DNA of 64,000 nt from Chiloscyllium plagiosum (lineage: Eukaryota). Within the stretch, counting starts at the first letter, position 1. Every line of letters starts with the position of its first letter. Under the pieces are notes generated by a model. That model was not told the DNA's origin, did not search any database, and saw nothing but the letters and a program-made list of their open reading frames with translations. Positions 39,190-50,830 of this stretch are shown here, piece after piece. The translations under genes and the position numbers were made by a program. The stretch is taken from positions 103,674,631 through 103,738,630 of the forward strand of contig NC_057717.1 in the NCBI RefSeq assembly GCF_004010195.1, in the 5' to 3' direction.

Positions 39190-39440
39190 GCCGGTCCTTC
39201 CTCTTTCCAACTGAGATTAAAGATTCACCGACGAGAGCTGTGAAGCACTGTGGGAGTAGTAGTCCTGACAGCAAGTTCCTCTCAGGCTGCAGCTCCCAGA
39301 AGAGAATGATTCATCTCAAACAACGACTCGCTAGCGATTTAAATAAAAGACAGTCTCTTCCTGATTCTTTTCAATGTGTTGCAGCTGAGAAGAGCCTTCC
39401 CCTTTATTTCTCCCTCCCACGAAACCACAACCACTGCACA
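39190..39440 (-). promoter_or_regulatory. Putative haematopoietic promoter of the VAV gene (PU.1/ETS and RUNX motifs)
   Basis: Minus-strand AAAGAGGAAGG (39196-39206), GAGAGGAACTT (39273-39283), CAGGAAG (39357-39363), AAAGGGGAAGG (~39395-39405) and RUNX TGTGGTT (39423-39429), all in non-repetitive sequence 150-400 bp upstream of the ATG. Confidence 0.55.
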
Positions 39441-40339
39441 TCAGAAATAATTTGCCTTCCGACCAGGATAGCACGCTCTGGGAAAGCCTCATTTTCTCCA
39501 GAAAGTAAAACTAATCTCCACGGTGCAAGGGGGAGCTTTCAAAAAAAGGGGAAAAAAAAAGCGACTTGTTGTCAAAGAGTTTGGCCTTGCCCTCATGAAG
39601 CTCAGCTATCGTGAGGCGACCGTGGTGTGTCTGGATTGGCACCTCATCAACCCCAGGCAAATGTCCCACCATCTTGAGTTCAATCCCCGTCGTGGGAGGT
39701 GGCAAGGCTTGACTTCAGGAGAGCCAAAAGAGCTGGCTTTAATGGTGACCATCGTCCATTGGTGTCAAACCCCATCTGCTTCACTCTGAGGGAGGGAAAT
39801 CTGCCGTCCTTACCCGGTCTGGCCTACACGTGACTCCAGACCCACGGCAACGTGGTTGACTCATGAGGGGGTATAGATAAGGTGAATGGCAGGTGTCTTT
39901 GCCCTTGGATGGGGGGGTTTCAAGACGAGGGGTGTATTTTTGAGGAGAGAGGTTTAAAAATGATACAAGGGGCAAATATTTTGGGTGGTTCGTATGTGGA
40001 ATGTACTTCCAGAGGAAGTGGTGGATGTGGGGACAGTTAGACGGTTTAATAGACATTTGGATAAGGACATGGATACAGGGATATGGGCCAGGAGCAGGAG
40101 GGACTCGTTTAGTTTGGGGTTAGAGTCAGGTTGGGCCAAAGTGTCTGTTTCCCTGCTGTATGATTCTCTGATTCCTAGTTGCTCTCAGGGTAATTAGGGA
40201 TGGGTAGTAAATGTTATCCTGACCAGGGATGTCCTCAACCTGGGAGTGAATTAAAAAAAAGAAACAAGAACTTGCCCCCCACCCCCCCCCCCGAGTCAGC
40301 AGTGACTAAACTTTATCATCTGCCACACTTACACTGCTT

Positions 40340-40565
40340 TGAGGAGAAAGTGAGGACTGCAGATGCTGGAGATCAGAGTCGAGAGTGTGGTGCTGGAAAA
40401 GCGCAGCAGGGTCAGGCAGCGTCCGAGGGGCAGGAGGATCGACGTTTCGGGCATAGGCCTTCATCAGGAATTCCTGATGATGGGCTTATGCCTGAAAGAC
40501 CGATTCATCTGCTCCTTGGACGCTGCCTGACCTGCTGTGCTTTTCCAGCACCACACTCGCGACTC
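40340..40565. mobile_element. Penelope-derived palindrome with two back-to-back hammerhead-like cores
   Basis: The centre reads GACGTTTCGGGCATAGGCCTTCATCAGGAATTCCTGATGATGGGCTTATGCCTGAAAG, between inverted arms. Confidence 0.75.
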
Positions 40566-40644
40566 ACACCGCTTTGAGGCATCCCAGGGTGCTAGATAAA
40601 TGCAGATCCTTTTTCATGATTTTCCCCCCCCACTCCAGTTCATC

Positions 40645-41005
40645 CATTCATTGGCAGTCCCTTGTAGATGAGGATGACTCTCTCCCACTCTCTGGGTGAG
40701 TCTGTAGGGGGCTGTACAGACCAATGCGGTTACCACAGGCTCTGGTACACTTGGGCCAGGAGGTGGTCATGGGAAGGGGTGGGTGGGGCACTGGTGTGGC
40801 AGAGCGCCCCTTTCACTGCTACCCTCCCCACCCCCCTCCCGCCCACCCCAGATGGCAAGTCTTGGGGAGATTGACACCTTCCCGGATCCACCTTCTCCAC
40901 TTTGGTCAGTCCTGGGCTGGTGATTCCCAGGTGTCTGTGGGAATGCCGCACCTCTCCCAGTAAGGCCTTGAGGGTATCCCCGAAACACTTCCTCTGTCCC
41001 ATCTG
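40645..41005 (-). mobile_element. RTE-clade LINE 3' fragment
   Basis: GQRKCFGDTLKA and GIPTDTWESPAQD resemble the RTE C-terminus. Confidence 0.65.
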
Positions 41006-41779
41006 TGGACAGCAGCCAGCAGCCAGACCACCCCACCCAATAACAGCATCTGATCCCCAGCCCACCCCACTCTCTGACATTGGGTACCAGGCCCCAACCC
41101 CTTTCAGCCCTTAACCCGAGACGTTGGTAAACGTACGAGGTCGAAATGTGGATTTACCACAATCTGGTCACATTAATACCATTTATTTGGAACTAACTTC
41201 AGATCCTCGAATTGCTGAGGCTGGATTTGAACTCAGATTCTCATTCCAGGATTAGAACATGGACCCTGCACTGACGTGCCCTAACGTAAATGACAATGAC
41301 ATGGTCCCACTCTCTTTTCTGTCTCTCTCTCTCTCTCTCTCTCTCTGAACGGTGTGCTAGACTACCCCCTCGTGGCAGAATGAAGTACATCAAAAGAGAA
41401 AAATGATCAACTGCTGCACTCCATAAAGAAACAATGTGCTTCAGTCTCTTTAGCGTGGCTGGTGTTGCTTCAGAGAGAGAAACTTGGAATTGAACTTTGT
41501 AAGAGAATCCAAGCTGACCCTGACAGCGCAGCACGGAGTGAGCGCTGCACTGTCACAGGCTCGGCCATCCATCCAATCGGGACCACTTCCAACTTTTTGT
41601 GGAGATGCAAGACAGATCTTGTGGAACTATCTCATCGAAGTACAGAGAGTTCTCCTCAGTCCCCGAGTCAATACCCAACCAAAGTCATAAAAACAGAAAT
41701 CTCGGCAGGTCTGACAGCATCTGTGGAGAGAAATCAGAGTTAACGTTTCGGGGGCAGTGACCCTCCCTCAGAATTGGAC

Positions 41780-42215
41780 TGCAGGGCGTGTTTCTGGTGC
41801 TGTCGAACTCTGCGAGATCTCCGCGCTCCTCCAATTCCAGGAAGACGGAGCTCCTGAACGCAGGGCTTGTCTGCTCCATCCGCTTTCCTGCTTGTTCTCC
41901 TTTCCTCCCTTATTTCTCGTTTCTTTGCTTTTTCCTTCATGCGTTAACCTCCCGCGAAAGAGCTCGGCCACGAGGCGACAGCATCAACAGAGGCGAGACC
42001 AAGCTCAGGGCTGGATCGTGGCGGAAGATTCCGGTAAGGTGGAGGAGGGGAGAGCGCGGGAGCCGGTATCAGCATCGGTGGAGGCGAGGTAAGCCATCTG
42101 AGGATTGAACGGGTTCACCGTTAACTGGGTGAACTGGGCAACACGGCAACAACAGCAGAAAAGACGGCATTTGCGGTTGGCGTCGGATTTGGAGTTATTG
42201 GGTTTCGTCTGCGGT
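41780..42215. promoter_or_regulatory. Small CpG island / candidate promoter with a plus-strand non-coding first exon
   Basis: CpG density is visibly much higher than in the flanks. E2F-like CCCGCGAAA at 41951; ETS GCGGAAG at 42021; strong donors CCG|GTAAGG (42033/4) and GAG|GTAAGC (42088/9). Confidence 0.5.
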
Positions 42216-42229
42216 AGAGTTGATAGGCA

Positions 42230-42395
42230 GAAGTGAGTACCGCAGGTGCTGAAGATCAGAGTCAACATTAGAGTGGTGCTGGAAAAGCACGGCAGATTCC
42301 TGATGAAGGGCTTTCGCCCGAAATGTCGATTTTCCTGCCCCTCGGATGCTGCCTGAGCTGCTGTGCTTTCCCAGCACCGCTCTAATCTTGATCCG
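42230..42395. mobile_element. Penelope-derived palindrome with a hammerhead-like core (+, 42296-42331)
   Basis: ATTC-CTGATGA-AGGGCTTTCGCCC-GAAATGTC-GATT between partial inverted arms. Confidence 0.7.
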
Positions 42396-42422
42396 AATTG
42401 ATACGCAATACAATCTGGCATT

Positions 42423-42712
42423 GTAGCACGGTAGCTCAGTGGTTAGCACTGCGCCAGTGACCCGGGTTCGATTCTAGCCTCGGGCTACTGCCTGGGTGGA
42501 GTTTGCACATTCTCCACGTGTCTGCGGGGGTTTCCTCCCACAGCCCAAAGATGGGTAGGTCAGGTGGATTGGCCATGCAAAATTACCCATAGTGTTCAGG
42601 GATGTGTATAGGCTGGGTGCATTAGGCAGGTGTGGATCTGGGTGGGATACTCTTCGGAGGGACTTGTTGGGCTGAATGGCCTGTATCCACACTGCTGGGA
42701 TTGAAGGATTCT
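42423..42712 (+). mobile_element. HE1-type SINE
   Basis: tRNA head, V-domain and tail. Confidence 0.85.
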
Positions 42713-43322
42713 ACCTTGCCTTTCTAAAGTTGACCTTCCAGCTGGTGCTGTTGGTTGTCAGCTCATTCCTTGGTCAGACACTTTGATACTAACAGACTGC
42801 CAATGTCACTGAAACCATTTTAAATTCCACCCCCACGGGGGTTGGGGGGGGGGGGGGGGGGGTGGGGGGATGTTTCTCGTGATGACGATTCTAGAGGAGG
42901 TGGTGGTTTGGCACTGCACCGAGTGAGGGGAACTATAGCTGTGTGGTGGACAGGTTGATTTTGGAGGAGGGAGAGAGAGAGAGAGAGAGAAGGAGAGAGA
43001 GAGAGGCAGACATGGAGAGGTGTATTGAAGAAATCGCAGAGTAATTGATGCTCTGGAAAGTGTTCAATTTTTTGAATAAATAAATGAGAGCGAATGAATA
43101 GATTAGCTTTATCATCACCCGTACTCACACAAGGACAGTGAAATGTTTACACATCATCACTTACAGCGTTATCTAAAATACCAATGTACCTGGGTGTGGA
43201 TACTTGAGTACAAAGTCTAGGAGAAAATTAAATAATAAAGTGTCCAGCAACAAATTAGAGAAAAAGAGAAATGAGAGTTCAGAATAATAGTGCTACCAAC
43301 CCAGACAGCTTCGGGCTACGCC

Positions 43323-46300
43323 TCAGGACCAGGAGTCAGAGTCCACACTGAGGCCGGGAGTCTGTGTCCACACTGAGGCCGGGGGTCTGTGTCCACACTG
43401 AGGCCGGGGGTCTGTGTCCACACTGAGGCCGGGAGTCAGAGTCCACACTAAGGCCGGGAGTTTGTGTCCACACTGAGGCCGGGGGTCTGTGTCCACACTG
43501 AGGCCGGGAGTCTGTGTCCACACTGAGGCCGGGGGTCTGTGTCCACACTGAGGCCAGGAGTTAGAGTCCACACTGAAGCCGGGAGTTAGAGTCCACACTA
43601 AGGCCGGGAGTTTGTGTCCACACTAAGGCCGGGAGTTTGTGTCCACACTGAGGCCAGGAGTCTGTGTCCACACTGAGGCCGGGGGTCTGTGTCCACACTG
43701 AGGCCGGGGGTCTGTGTCCACACTGAGGCCGGGAGTCTGCGTCCACACTGAGGCCGGGAGTCTGAGTCCACTCTGAGGCCGGGAGTCTGAGTACACACGA
43801 AGGCAGGGGGGCTGTGTCCACACTGGGGCCTGGAGTCAGAGTCCACACTGGGGCCGGGTGTTAGAGACCACACTGAGGCCGGGAGTTCGTGTCCACGCTG
43901 GGGCCGGGTGTCTCAGTCTACACTGAGGCCGGGAGTTAGAGACCACACTGAGGCCGGGAGTTAGAGTCACTGGTGCCGGGAGTCTGTGTCCACACTGAGG
44001 CCGGGAGTTAGAGTCCACACAGGGGCCTCGAGTCTGTTTCCACACTGAGGCCGGGAGTTAGAATCCAGATTGAGGCCAGGGGTCTGTGTCCACACTGAGG
44101 CCGGGAGTCTGCGTCCACACTGAGGCCGGGAGTTAGAGTCACTGGGGCCGGGAGTCTGTGTCCACACTGAGGCCGGGAGTCTGTTTCCACACTGAGGCCG
44201 GGAGTTAGAGTCACTGGGGCCGGGAGTCTGTGTCCACACTGAGGCCGGGAGTTAGAGTCCACACAGGGGCCTCAAGTCTGTTTCCACACTGAGGCCGGGA
44301 GTTGAATCCAGATTGAAGCCAGGGGTCTGTGTCCACACTGAGGCCGGGAGTCTGCGTCCACACTGAGGCCGGGAGTCTGAGTCCACACTAAGGCCAGGAG
44401 TCAGAGTCCACACTGAGGCCGGAATTACAGAGTCCACACTGAAGCCGGGAATTAGAGACCACACTGAGGCCGGGTGTAAGAGACCACACTGAGGCCGGGG
44501 GACTGTGCCCATACTGAGGCCAGGGGACTTTGTCCACACTGAGGCCAGGAGTTAGAGTCACTGGGGCCGGGAGTCTGTGTCCACACTGATTCCAAGAGTC
44601 TGTGTCCACACTGCCGGGAGTCTGTGTCCACACTCATTCCAAGAGTCTGTGTCCACACTGAGGCCGGGAGTTAGAATCCACACTGAGGCCGGCTGTCTGT
44701 GTCCACACTGAGGCCGGGTGTTAGAGACCACACTGGGGCCGCGAGTCTGTGTCCACACAGGGGCCGGCTGTCAGAGTCCACAATGAGGCCGGGAGTTAGA
44801 GACCACTCAGAGGCCAGGAGGTAAAGACCACGCCGTGATCGGGGGTCTGCGTCCACACGGAGGCCGGGAGTCTGCGTCCACACGGAGGCCGGGAGTTCGA
44901 GACCACGCAGAGGCCGGGGGTCTGTGTCCACACGGAGGCCGGGGGTCTGAGTACACATGGAGGCCGGGGGTCTGTGTCCACACGGAGGCCGGGGGTCTGA
45001 GTACACATGGAGGCCAGGGGTCTGTGTCCACACTGGGGCCTGGAGTCAGAGTCCACACTGGGGCTGGGAGTCAGAGACCACACTGAGGCTGGGAGTCTGT
45101 GACCACACTGAGGCCTGGAGTCAGAGTCCACTCTGAGGCCAGGAATTAGAAGCCACACTGAGGCCAGGAGTTAGAGACCACATTCAGGTTGGGAGGTAGA
45201 GACCACACTTAGGCCGGGAGATAGAGTCCACACGGAGGCCGGGAGATAGAGTCCACACGGAGGACGGGAGGTAGAGTCCACACTGAGGCTGGGAGTTAGA
45301 GACCACACTGAGGCCGGGGGACTGTGCCCATACTGAGGCCAGGGGACTTTGTCCACACTGAGGCCGGGAATTAGAGTCCACAATGAGGCCGGGAGTTAGA
45401 GTCACTGGGCCGGGAGTCTGTGTCCACACTGATTCCAAGAGTCTGTGTCCACACTGAGGCCGGGAGTCAGAGTCCACACTGAGGCCGGGGGTCTGTGTCC
45501 ACACTGAGGCCGGGAGTCTGAGTCCATACTAAGGCCGGGAGTCAGAGTCCACACTGAGGCCGGGAGGTTGAGTCCACACTAAGGCCAGGAGTCAGAACAT
45601 GAGGCCGGAATTAGAGTCCACACTGAGGCCGGAATTAGAGTCCACACTGAGGCCGGGAATTAGAGACCACACTGCGGCCGGGAATTAGAGACCACACTGA
45701 GGCCGGGGGACTGTGCCCATACTGAGGCCAGGGGACTTTGTCCACACTGAGGCCGGGAGTAGGAGTCCACACTGAGGCCGGACGTTAGACTCCACACTGA
45801 GGCTGAGAGTTAGTGTCCACACTGAGGCCGGGAGTCTCAGTCCATGCTGGGGCCGGGAGTTAGAGACCACACTGAGGCTGGGAGTTAGAGACCACACTGA
45901 GGCTGGGAGTTAGAGTCCACACTGAGGCTGGGAGTTCGAGTCCACACTGAGGCCGGAAGTCTGTGTCTACACTGAGGCCGGGAGTCTGTGTCCACACTGA
46001 GGCCGGGAGTCTGAGTCCACACTGAGGCCGAGAGTCCGTGTCCACACTGAGGCCGGGAGTCTGAGTCCATGCTGAGGCCGGGAGTTTGTGTCCACACTGA
46101 GGCCAGGAGTCTGTGTCCACACTGAGGCCGGGAGTCAGAGTCCACACTGAAGTCGGGAGTCAGAGTCCACACTGAGGCCGGGAGTCAGAGTCGACACTGA
46201 GGCCGGGAGTCAGAACATGAGGCCGGAATTAGAGTCCACACTGAGGCCGGAATTAGAGTCCACACTGAGGCCGGGAATTAGAGAGTCCACACTGAAGCCG

Positions 46301-49300
46301 GGAATTAGAGACCACACTGTGGCCGGGTAGTAAGAGACCACACTGAGGCCGAGAGTCAGAGTCCACACTGAGGCCGGGGGTCTGTGTCCACACTGAGGCC
46401 GGGAGTCTGAGTCCACACTGAGGCCGGGAGGTTGAGTCCACACTAAGGCCAGGAATTAGAGAGTCCACACTGAAGCCGGGAATTAGAGACCACACTGTGG
46501 CCGGGTAGTAAGAGACCACACTGAGGCCGGGGGACTGTGCCCATACTGAGGCCAGGGGACTTTGTCCACACTGAGGCCGGGAGTAAGAGTCCACACTGAG
46601 GCCGGAGGTTAGACTCCACACTGAGGCTGAGAGTTAGTGTCCACACTGGGGCCAGGAATCTCAGTCCATGCTGGGGCCGGGAGTTAGAGACCACTCTGAG
46701 GCTGGGAGTTAGAGTCCACACTGAGGCCAGGAGTTAGAGTCCACACTGAGGCTGGGAGTTAGAGTCCACACTGAGGCCGGGAGTCAGAGTCCACACTGAG
46801 GCCGGGAGTCAGAGTCCACACTGAGGCCGGAAGTCTGTGTCCACACTGAGGCCAGGAGTTAGAGTCCACACAGGGGCCTCGAGTCTGTTTCCACACTGAG
46901 GCCGGGAGTTAGAGTCCAGATTGAGGCCAGGGGTCTGTGTCCACACTGAGGCCGGGAGTTAGAGTCCAGATTGAGGCCAGGGGTCTGTGTCCACACTGAG
47001 GCCGGGAGTCTGCGTCCACACTGAGGCCGGGATTCTGTGTCCACACTGAGGCCGGGTGTCTGTGTCCACACTGAGGCCGGGAGTTAGAGTCCACACTGAG
47101 GCTGGGAGTTAGAGTCCACTCAGGGGCCTCGAGTCTGTTTCCACACTGAGGCCGGGAGTTAGAATCCACACAGGGGCCTCGAGTCTGTTTCCACACTGAG
47201 GCCGGGAGTTAGAATCCAGATTGAGGCCAGGGGTCTGTGTCCACACTGAGGCCGGGTGTCTGCGTCCACACTGAGGCCGGGAGTTAGAGTCACTGGGGCC
47301 GGGAGTCTGTGTCCACACTGAGGCCATGAGTTAGAGTCCACACAGGGGCCTCTAGTCTGTTTCCACACTGAGGCCGGGAGTTAGAGTCACTGGGGCCGGG
47401 AGTCTGTGTCCACACTGAGGCCGGGAGTTAGAATCCAGATTGAGGCCAGGGGTCTGTGTCCACACTGAGGCCGGGAGTCTGCGTCCACACTGAGGCTGGG
47501 AGTCTGAGTCCACACTAAGGCCGGGAGTCAGAGTCCACACTAAGGCCGGAATTAGAGAGTCCACACTGAAGCCGGGAATTAGAGACCACACTTAGGCCGG
47601 GTGTAAGAGACCACACTGAGGCCGGGGGACTGTGCCCATACTAAGGCCAGGGGACTTTGTCCACACTGAGGCCAGGAGTTAGAGTCACTGTGGCCGGGAG
47701 TCTGCGTCCACACTGAGGCCGAGAGTTAGAGTCACTGGGGCTGGGAGTCTGTGTCCACACTGATTCCAAGAGTCTGTGTCCACACTGAGGCCGGGGGTCT
47801 GTGTCCACACTGAGGCCGGGAGTCTGAGTCCATGCTGAGGCCGGGAGTCTGAGTCCACACTGAGGCTGGGAGTTTGTGTCCACACTGAGGCCAGGAGTCT
47901 GTGTCCACACTGAGGCCGGGAGTCAGAGTCCACACTGAGGTCGGGAGTCAGAGTCCACACTGTGGCCGAGAGTTAGAGTCACTGGGGCTGGGAGTCTGTG
48001 TCCACACTGATTCCAAGAGTCTGTGTCCACACTGAGGCCGGGGGTCTGTGTCCACACTGAGGCCGGGGGTCTGTGTCCACACTGAGGCCGGGGTCTGTGT
48101 CCACACTGAGACCTGGAATTAGAGTCCACACTGAGGCCGGGAGTCTGTGTCCACACTGAGTCCGAGAGTCTGTGTCCACACGGAGGCCGGGAGTTAGAGT
48201 CCACACAGGGGCCTCGTGTCTGTGTCCATGCTGAGGCCAACAGACTGTGTCCACACTGAGGCTGGGAGTTAGGGTCACTGGGGCCGGGGGTCTGTGTCCG
48301 CACTGAGGCCGGGAGTTAGAGTCACTGGGGCCGGGAGACTGTGTCCACACTGAGTCCGAGAGTCTGTGTCCACACGGAGGCCGGGAGTTAGAGTCCACAC
48401 AGGGGCCTCGTGTCTGTGTCCACACTGAGGCCAACAGACTGTGTCCACACTGAGGCCGGGAGTCAGAGTCCACACTGAGGCTGGGGAGTCTGTGTCCACA
48501 CTGATTCCAAGAGTCAGAGTCCACACTGAGGCCGGGAGTCAGAGTCCACACTGAGGCCGGGAGTCTGTGTCCACACCTGATTCCAAGAGTCAGAGTCCAC
48601 ACTGAGGCCGGGAGTCNNNNNNNNNNNNNNNNNNNNNNNNNNNNNNNNNNNNNNNNNNNNNNNNNNNNNNNNNNNNNNNNNNNNNNNNNNNNNNNNNNNN
48701 NNNNNNNNNNNNNNNNNNNNNNNNNNNNNNNNNNNNNNNNNNNNNNNNNNNNNNNNNNNNNNNNNNNNNNNNNNNNNNNNNNNNNNNNNNNNNNNNNNNN
48801 NNNNNNNNNNNNNNNNNNNNNNNNNNNNNNNNNNNNNNNNNNNNNNNNNNNNNNNNNNNNNNGCCGGAATTAGAGTCCACACTGAGGCCGGGAATTAGAG
48901 AGTCCACACTGAAGCCGGGAATTAGAGACCACACTGTGGCCGGGGGACTGTGCCCATACTGAGGCCAGGGGACTTTGTCCACACTGAGGCCGGGAGTAAG
49001 AGTCCACACTGAGGCTGGACGTTAGACTCCACACTGAGGCTGAGAGTTAGTGTCCACACTGGGGCCGGGAGTCTCAGTCCATGCTGGGGCCGGGAGTTAG
49101 AGACCACACTGAGGCTGGGAGTTCGAGTCCACGCTGAGGCTTGGAGTTAGAGTCCACACTGAGGCCAGAAGTCTGTGTCTACACTGAGGCCGGAAGTCTG
49201 TGTCCACACTGAGGCCAGGAGTCTGTGTCCACACTGAGGCCAGGAGTCTGTGTCCACACTGAGGCCGGGGGTCAGAGTCCACACTGAGGCCGGGAATCCG

Positions 49301-50830
49301 TGTCCACACTGAGGCCGGGATTCTGTGTCCACACTGAGGCCGGGATTCTGTGTCCACACTGAGGCCGGGAGTCAGAGTCCACACTGAGGCCGGCTGTCAG
49401 AGTCCACACTGAGGCCAGGAGTTAGAGTCCACACAGGGGCCTCGAGTCTATGTCCACACTGAGGCCGGGAGTTAGAATCCAGATTGAGGCCGGGGGTCTG
49501 TGTCCACACTGAGGCCGGGATTCTGTGTCCACACTGAGGCCGGGAGTCAGAGTCCACACAGAGGCCGGGAGTCAGAGTCCACACCGGGGCCGGCTGTCAG
49601 AGTCCACACTGAGGCCGGGAGTTAGAGACCACACAGAGGCCAGGAGGTAAAGACCACGCGGAGGCCGAGGGTCTGAGTACACACGAAGGCAGGGGGTCTG
49701 TGTCCACACTGGGGCCGGGTGTTAGAGACCACACTGAGGCCGGGAGTTAGAGTCACTGGGGCCGAGAGTCTGTGTCCACACTGAGGCCGGGAGTTAGAGT
49801 CCACACAGGGGCCTCGAGTCTGTTTCCACACTGAGGCTGGGAGTTAGAATCCAGATTGAGGCCAGGGGTCTGTGTCCACTCTGAGGCCGGGAGTCAGAGT
49901 CCACACTGAGGCCGGGAGTCAGAGTCCACACTAAGGCCGGGAGTCAGAGTCCACACTGAGGCCGGGAGGTTGAGTCCACACTAAGACCAGGAGTCAGAAC
50001 ATGAGGCCGGAATTAGAGTCCACACTGAGGCCGGAATTAGAGTCCACACTGAGGCGGGGAATTAGGCCGGGGGACTGTGCCCATACTGAGGCCAGGGGAC
50101 TTTGTCCACACTGAGGCCGGGAGTAAGAGTCCACACTGAGGCTGGACGTTAGACTCCACACTGAGGCTGAGAGTTAGTGTCCACACTGGGGCCGGGAGTT
50201 AGTGTCCACAGTGGGGCCAGGAATCTCAGTCCACACTGGGGCCAGGAATCTCAGTCCATGCTGGGGCCGGGAGTTAGAGACCACACTGAGGCTGGGAGTT
50301 CGAGTCCACACTGAGGCCGGAAGTCTGTGTCTACACTGAGGCCGGGAGTCTGTGTCCACACTGAGGCCGGGAGTCCGTGTCCACACTGAGGCCGGGAGTC
50401 AGAGTCCACACTGAGGCCGGGAGTCAGAGTCCATGCTGAGGCCGGGAGTCTGAGTCCACACTGAGGCCGGGAGTCTGTGTCCACACTGAGGCCAGGAGTC
50501 TGTGTCCACACTGAGGCCGGGAGTCCGTGTCCACACTGAGGCCGGGAGTCAGAGTCCACACTGAGGCCGGGAGTTAGAGACCACACTGAGGCCAGGAGTC
50601 TGAGTCCATGCTGAGGCCGGGAGTTAGAGACCACGCTGAGGCCGGGAGTCTGAGTCCACACTGAGGCCGGGAGTCTGAGTCCATGCTGAGGCCGGGAGTC
50701 TGAGTCCACGCTGAGGCCCAGAGTCAGAGTCCACACTGAGGCCGGGAGCCTGAGTCCACACTGAGGCCGGGAGTCTGAGTCCACACTGAGGCCGGGAGTC
50801 TGAGTCCATGCTGAGGCCGGGAGTCCACAC
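43323..50830. repeat. ~7.5-kb satellite/minisatellite, 25-bp unit (GTCCACACTGAGGCCGGGAGTCTGT and variants), roughly 300 units, with an internal gap
   Basis: Tandem periodicity is directly visible. It accounts for all the WTQTPGLSVDTDSRPQCG-type ORFs. Confidence 0.97.
48617..48862. other. Assembly gap (N) inside the satellite
   Basis: Run of N. Confidence 1.

Noticed and set aside
41685..41940. Short minus-strand ORFs in the CpG island (MEQTSPAF..., MKEKAKK...)
   Set aside because: No recognisable homology or splice donor, and they end inside a Penelope-derived fragment.
42100..42235. Frame reading TVNWVNWATRQ, reminiscent of GCLM exon 1 (TGNLLNWGRL)
   Set aside because: No ATG, an in-frame stop immediately upstream, located just after a splice donor, and the similarity is weak.
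44010..44030. CCACACAGGGGC satellite variants as CTCF sites
   Set aside because: They mismatch the core AG positions of the CTCF consensus.
43323..50830. Dozens of ORFs with repeated WTQTPGLSVDTDSRPQCGHRLPASV, and a CRISPR-like appearance
   Set aside because: These are translations of a 25-bp tandem unit in all frames. There are no unique spacers and no cas genes, and the context is eukaryotic.
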